Below, piece after piece: positions 24,077 through 24,228 of a stretch of 24,228 nucleotides of DNA. This DNA comes from a virus (taxonomy: Duplodnaviria > Caudoviricetes): positions 1 to 24,228 of IMG/VR virus record IMGVR_UViG_3300020045_019965; one strand, written 5' to 3'. Position 1 is the stretch's first letter; every line of letters begins with the position of its first letter. Below the pieces are notes generated by a model, which saw only the letters and a list, made by a program, of their open reading frames with translations, did not search any database and was not told the origin of the DNA. The translations under genes and the position numbers were made by a program.

Positions 24077-24228
24077 GCATTGTAAAAAACATAAGATTAA
24101 AAAGTTTATACGTCCCGTGTTTTATCCTATGGTAGATGAGGCATTCTATCCTAATGCAGAATGGCATTCTATTTTTGAAAGCGGATGGCTGGAGGTATCT
24201 AACTCGGTACCGGAATATAAGAAGCATT
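24070..24228 (+). pseudogene. Internal fragment of a second portal allele (runs off the window)
   Basis: KEHCKKHKIKKFIRPVFYPMVDEAFYPNAEWHSIFESGWLEVSNSVPEYKKH is identical in protein to 21361-21516. Confidence 0.9.

Larger units (their letters stand above)
1..24228. mobile_element. Temperate tailed phage / prophage DNA of a Bacteroidetes (Flavobacteriaceae-like) host, partial and rearranged at both ends
   Basis: Integrase, Cro/CI-like switch, tape measure protein, portal-like gene, holin-endolysin-spanin cassette and tail fibre are present. No host housekeeping operon is seen. Promoters match the Bacteroidetes TAnnTTTG consensus. Confidence 0.95.

Noticed and set aside
1-24228. CRISPR array, full tRNA or rRNA genes
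   Set aside because: No regularly spaced direct repeats and no complete cloverleaf seen; only the short tRNA-like att core.

Overview
The whole window is DNA of a temperate tailed phage of a Bacteroidetes host, probably Flavobacteriaceae. This host call is inferred from TAnnTTTG promoters, the lack of Shine-Dalgarno sites and the gene families present. From left to right it holds: a DnaG primase fragment, early genes (HD phosphohydrolase, LuxR-type regulator), a Cro/CI-like switch, a probable intact attP and a tyrosine integrase. A long minus-strand late region follows, with two tail proteins, tape measure protein, morons, structural genes, a u-spanin/M15 endolysin/holin cassette, a tail fibre and a DUF6712-like gene. 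The last 4 kb are inverted, truncated pieces of portal, DUF6712-like and tail-fibre genes from at least two diverged copies of the phage, joined at mid-gene inversion junctions that look like amplification or assembly chimeras. The most notable unannotated signals are four. (1) A ~490-nt antisense transcription unit at 13402-13927 with a ~330-nt multi-stem RNA, a 14-codon uORF and a 41-aa ORF whose start codon is sequestered. (2) A TGTCCTA-N21-nAnnTT(T/A)G promoter motif found five times, three of them apparently leaderless. (3) A predicted ~70-nt antisense RNA over the start of the LuxR-type gene. (4) An attP with arm repeats and a tRNA-3'-like core. All family names come from motif recognition, not database searches.
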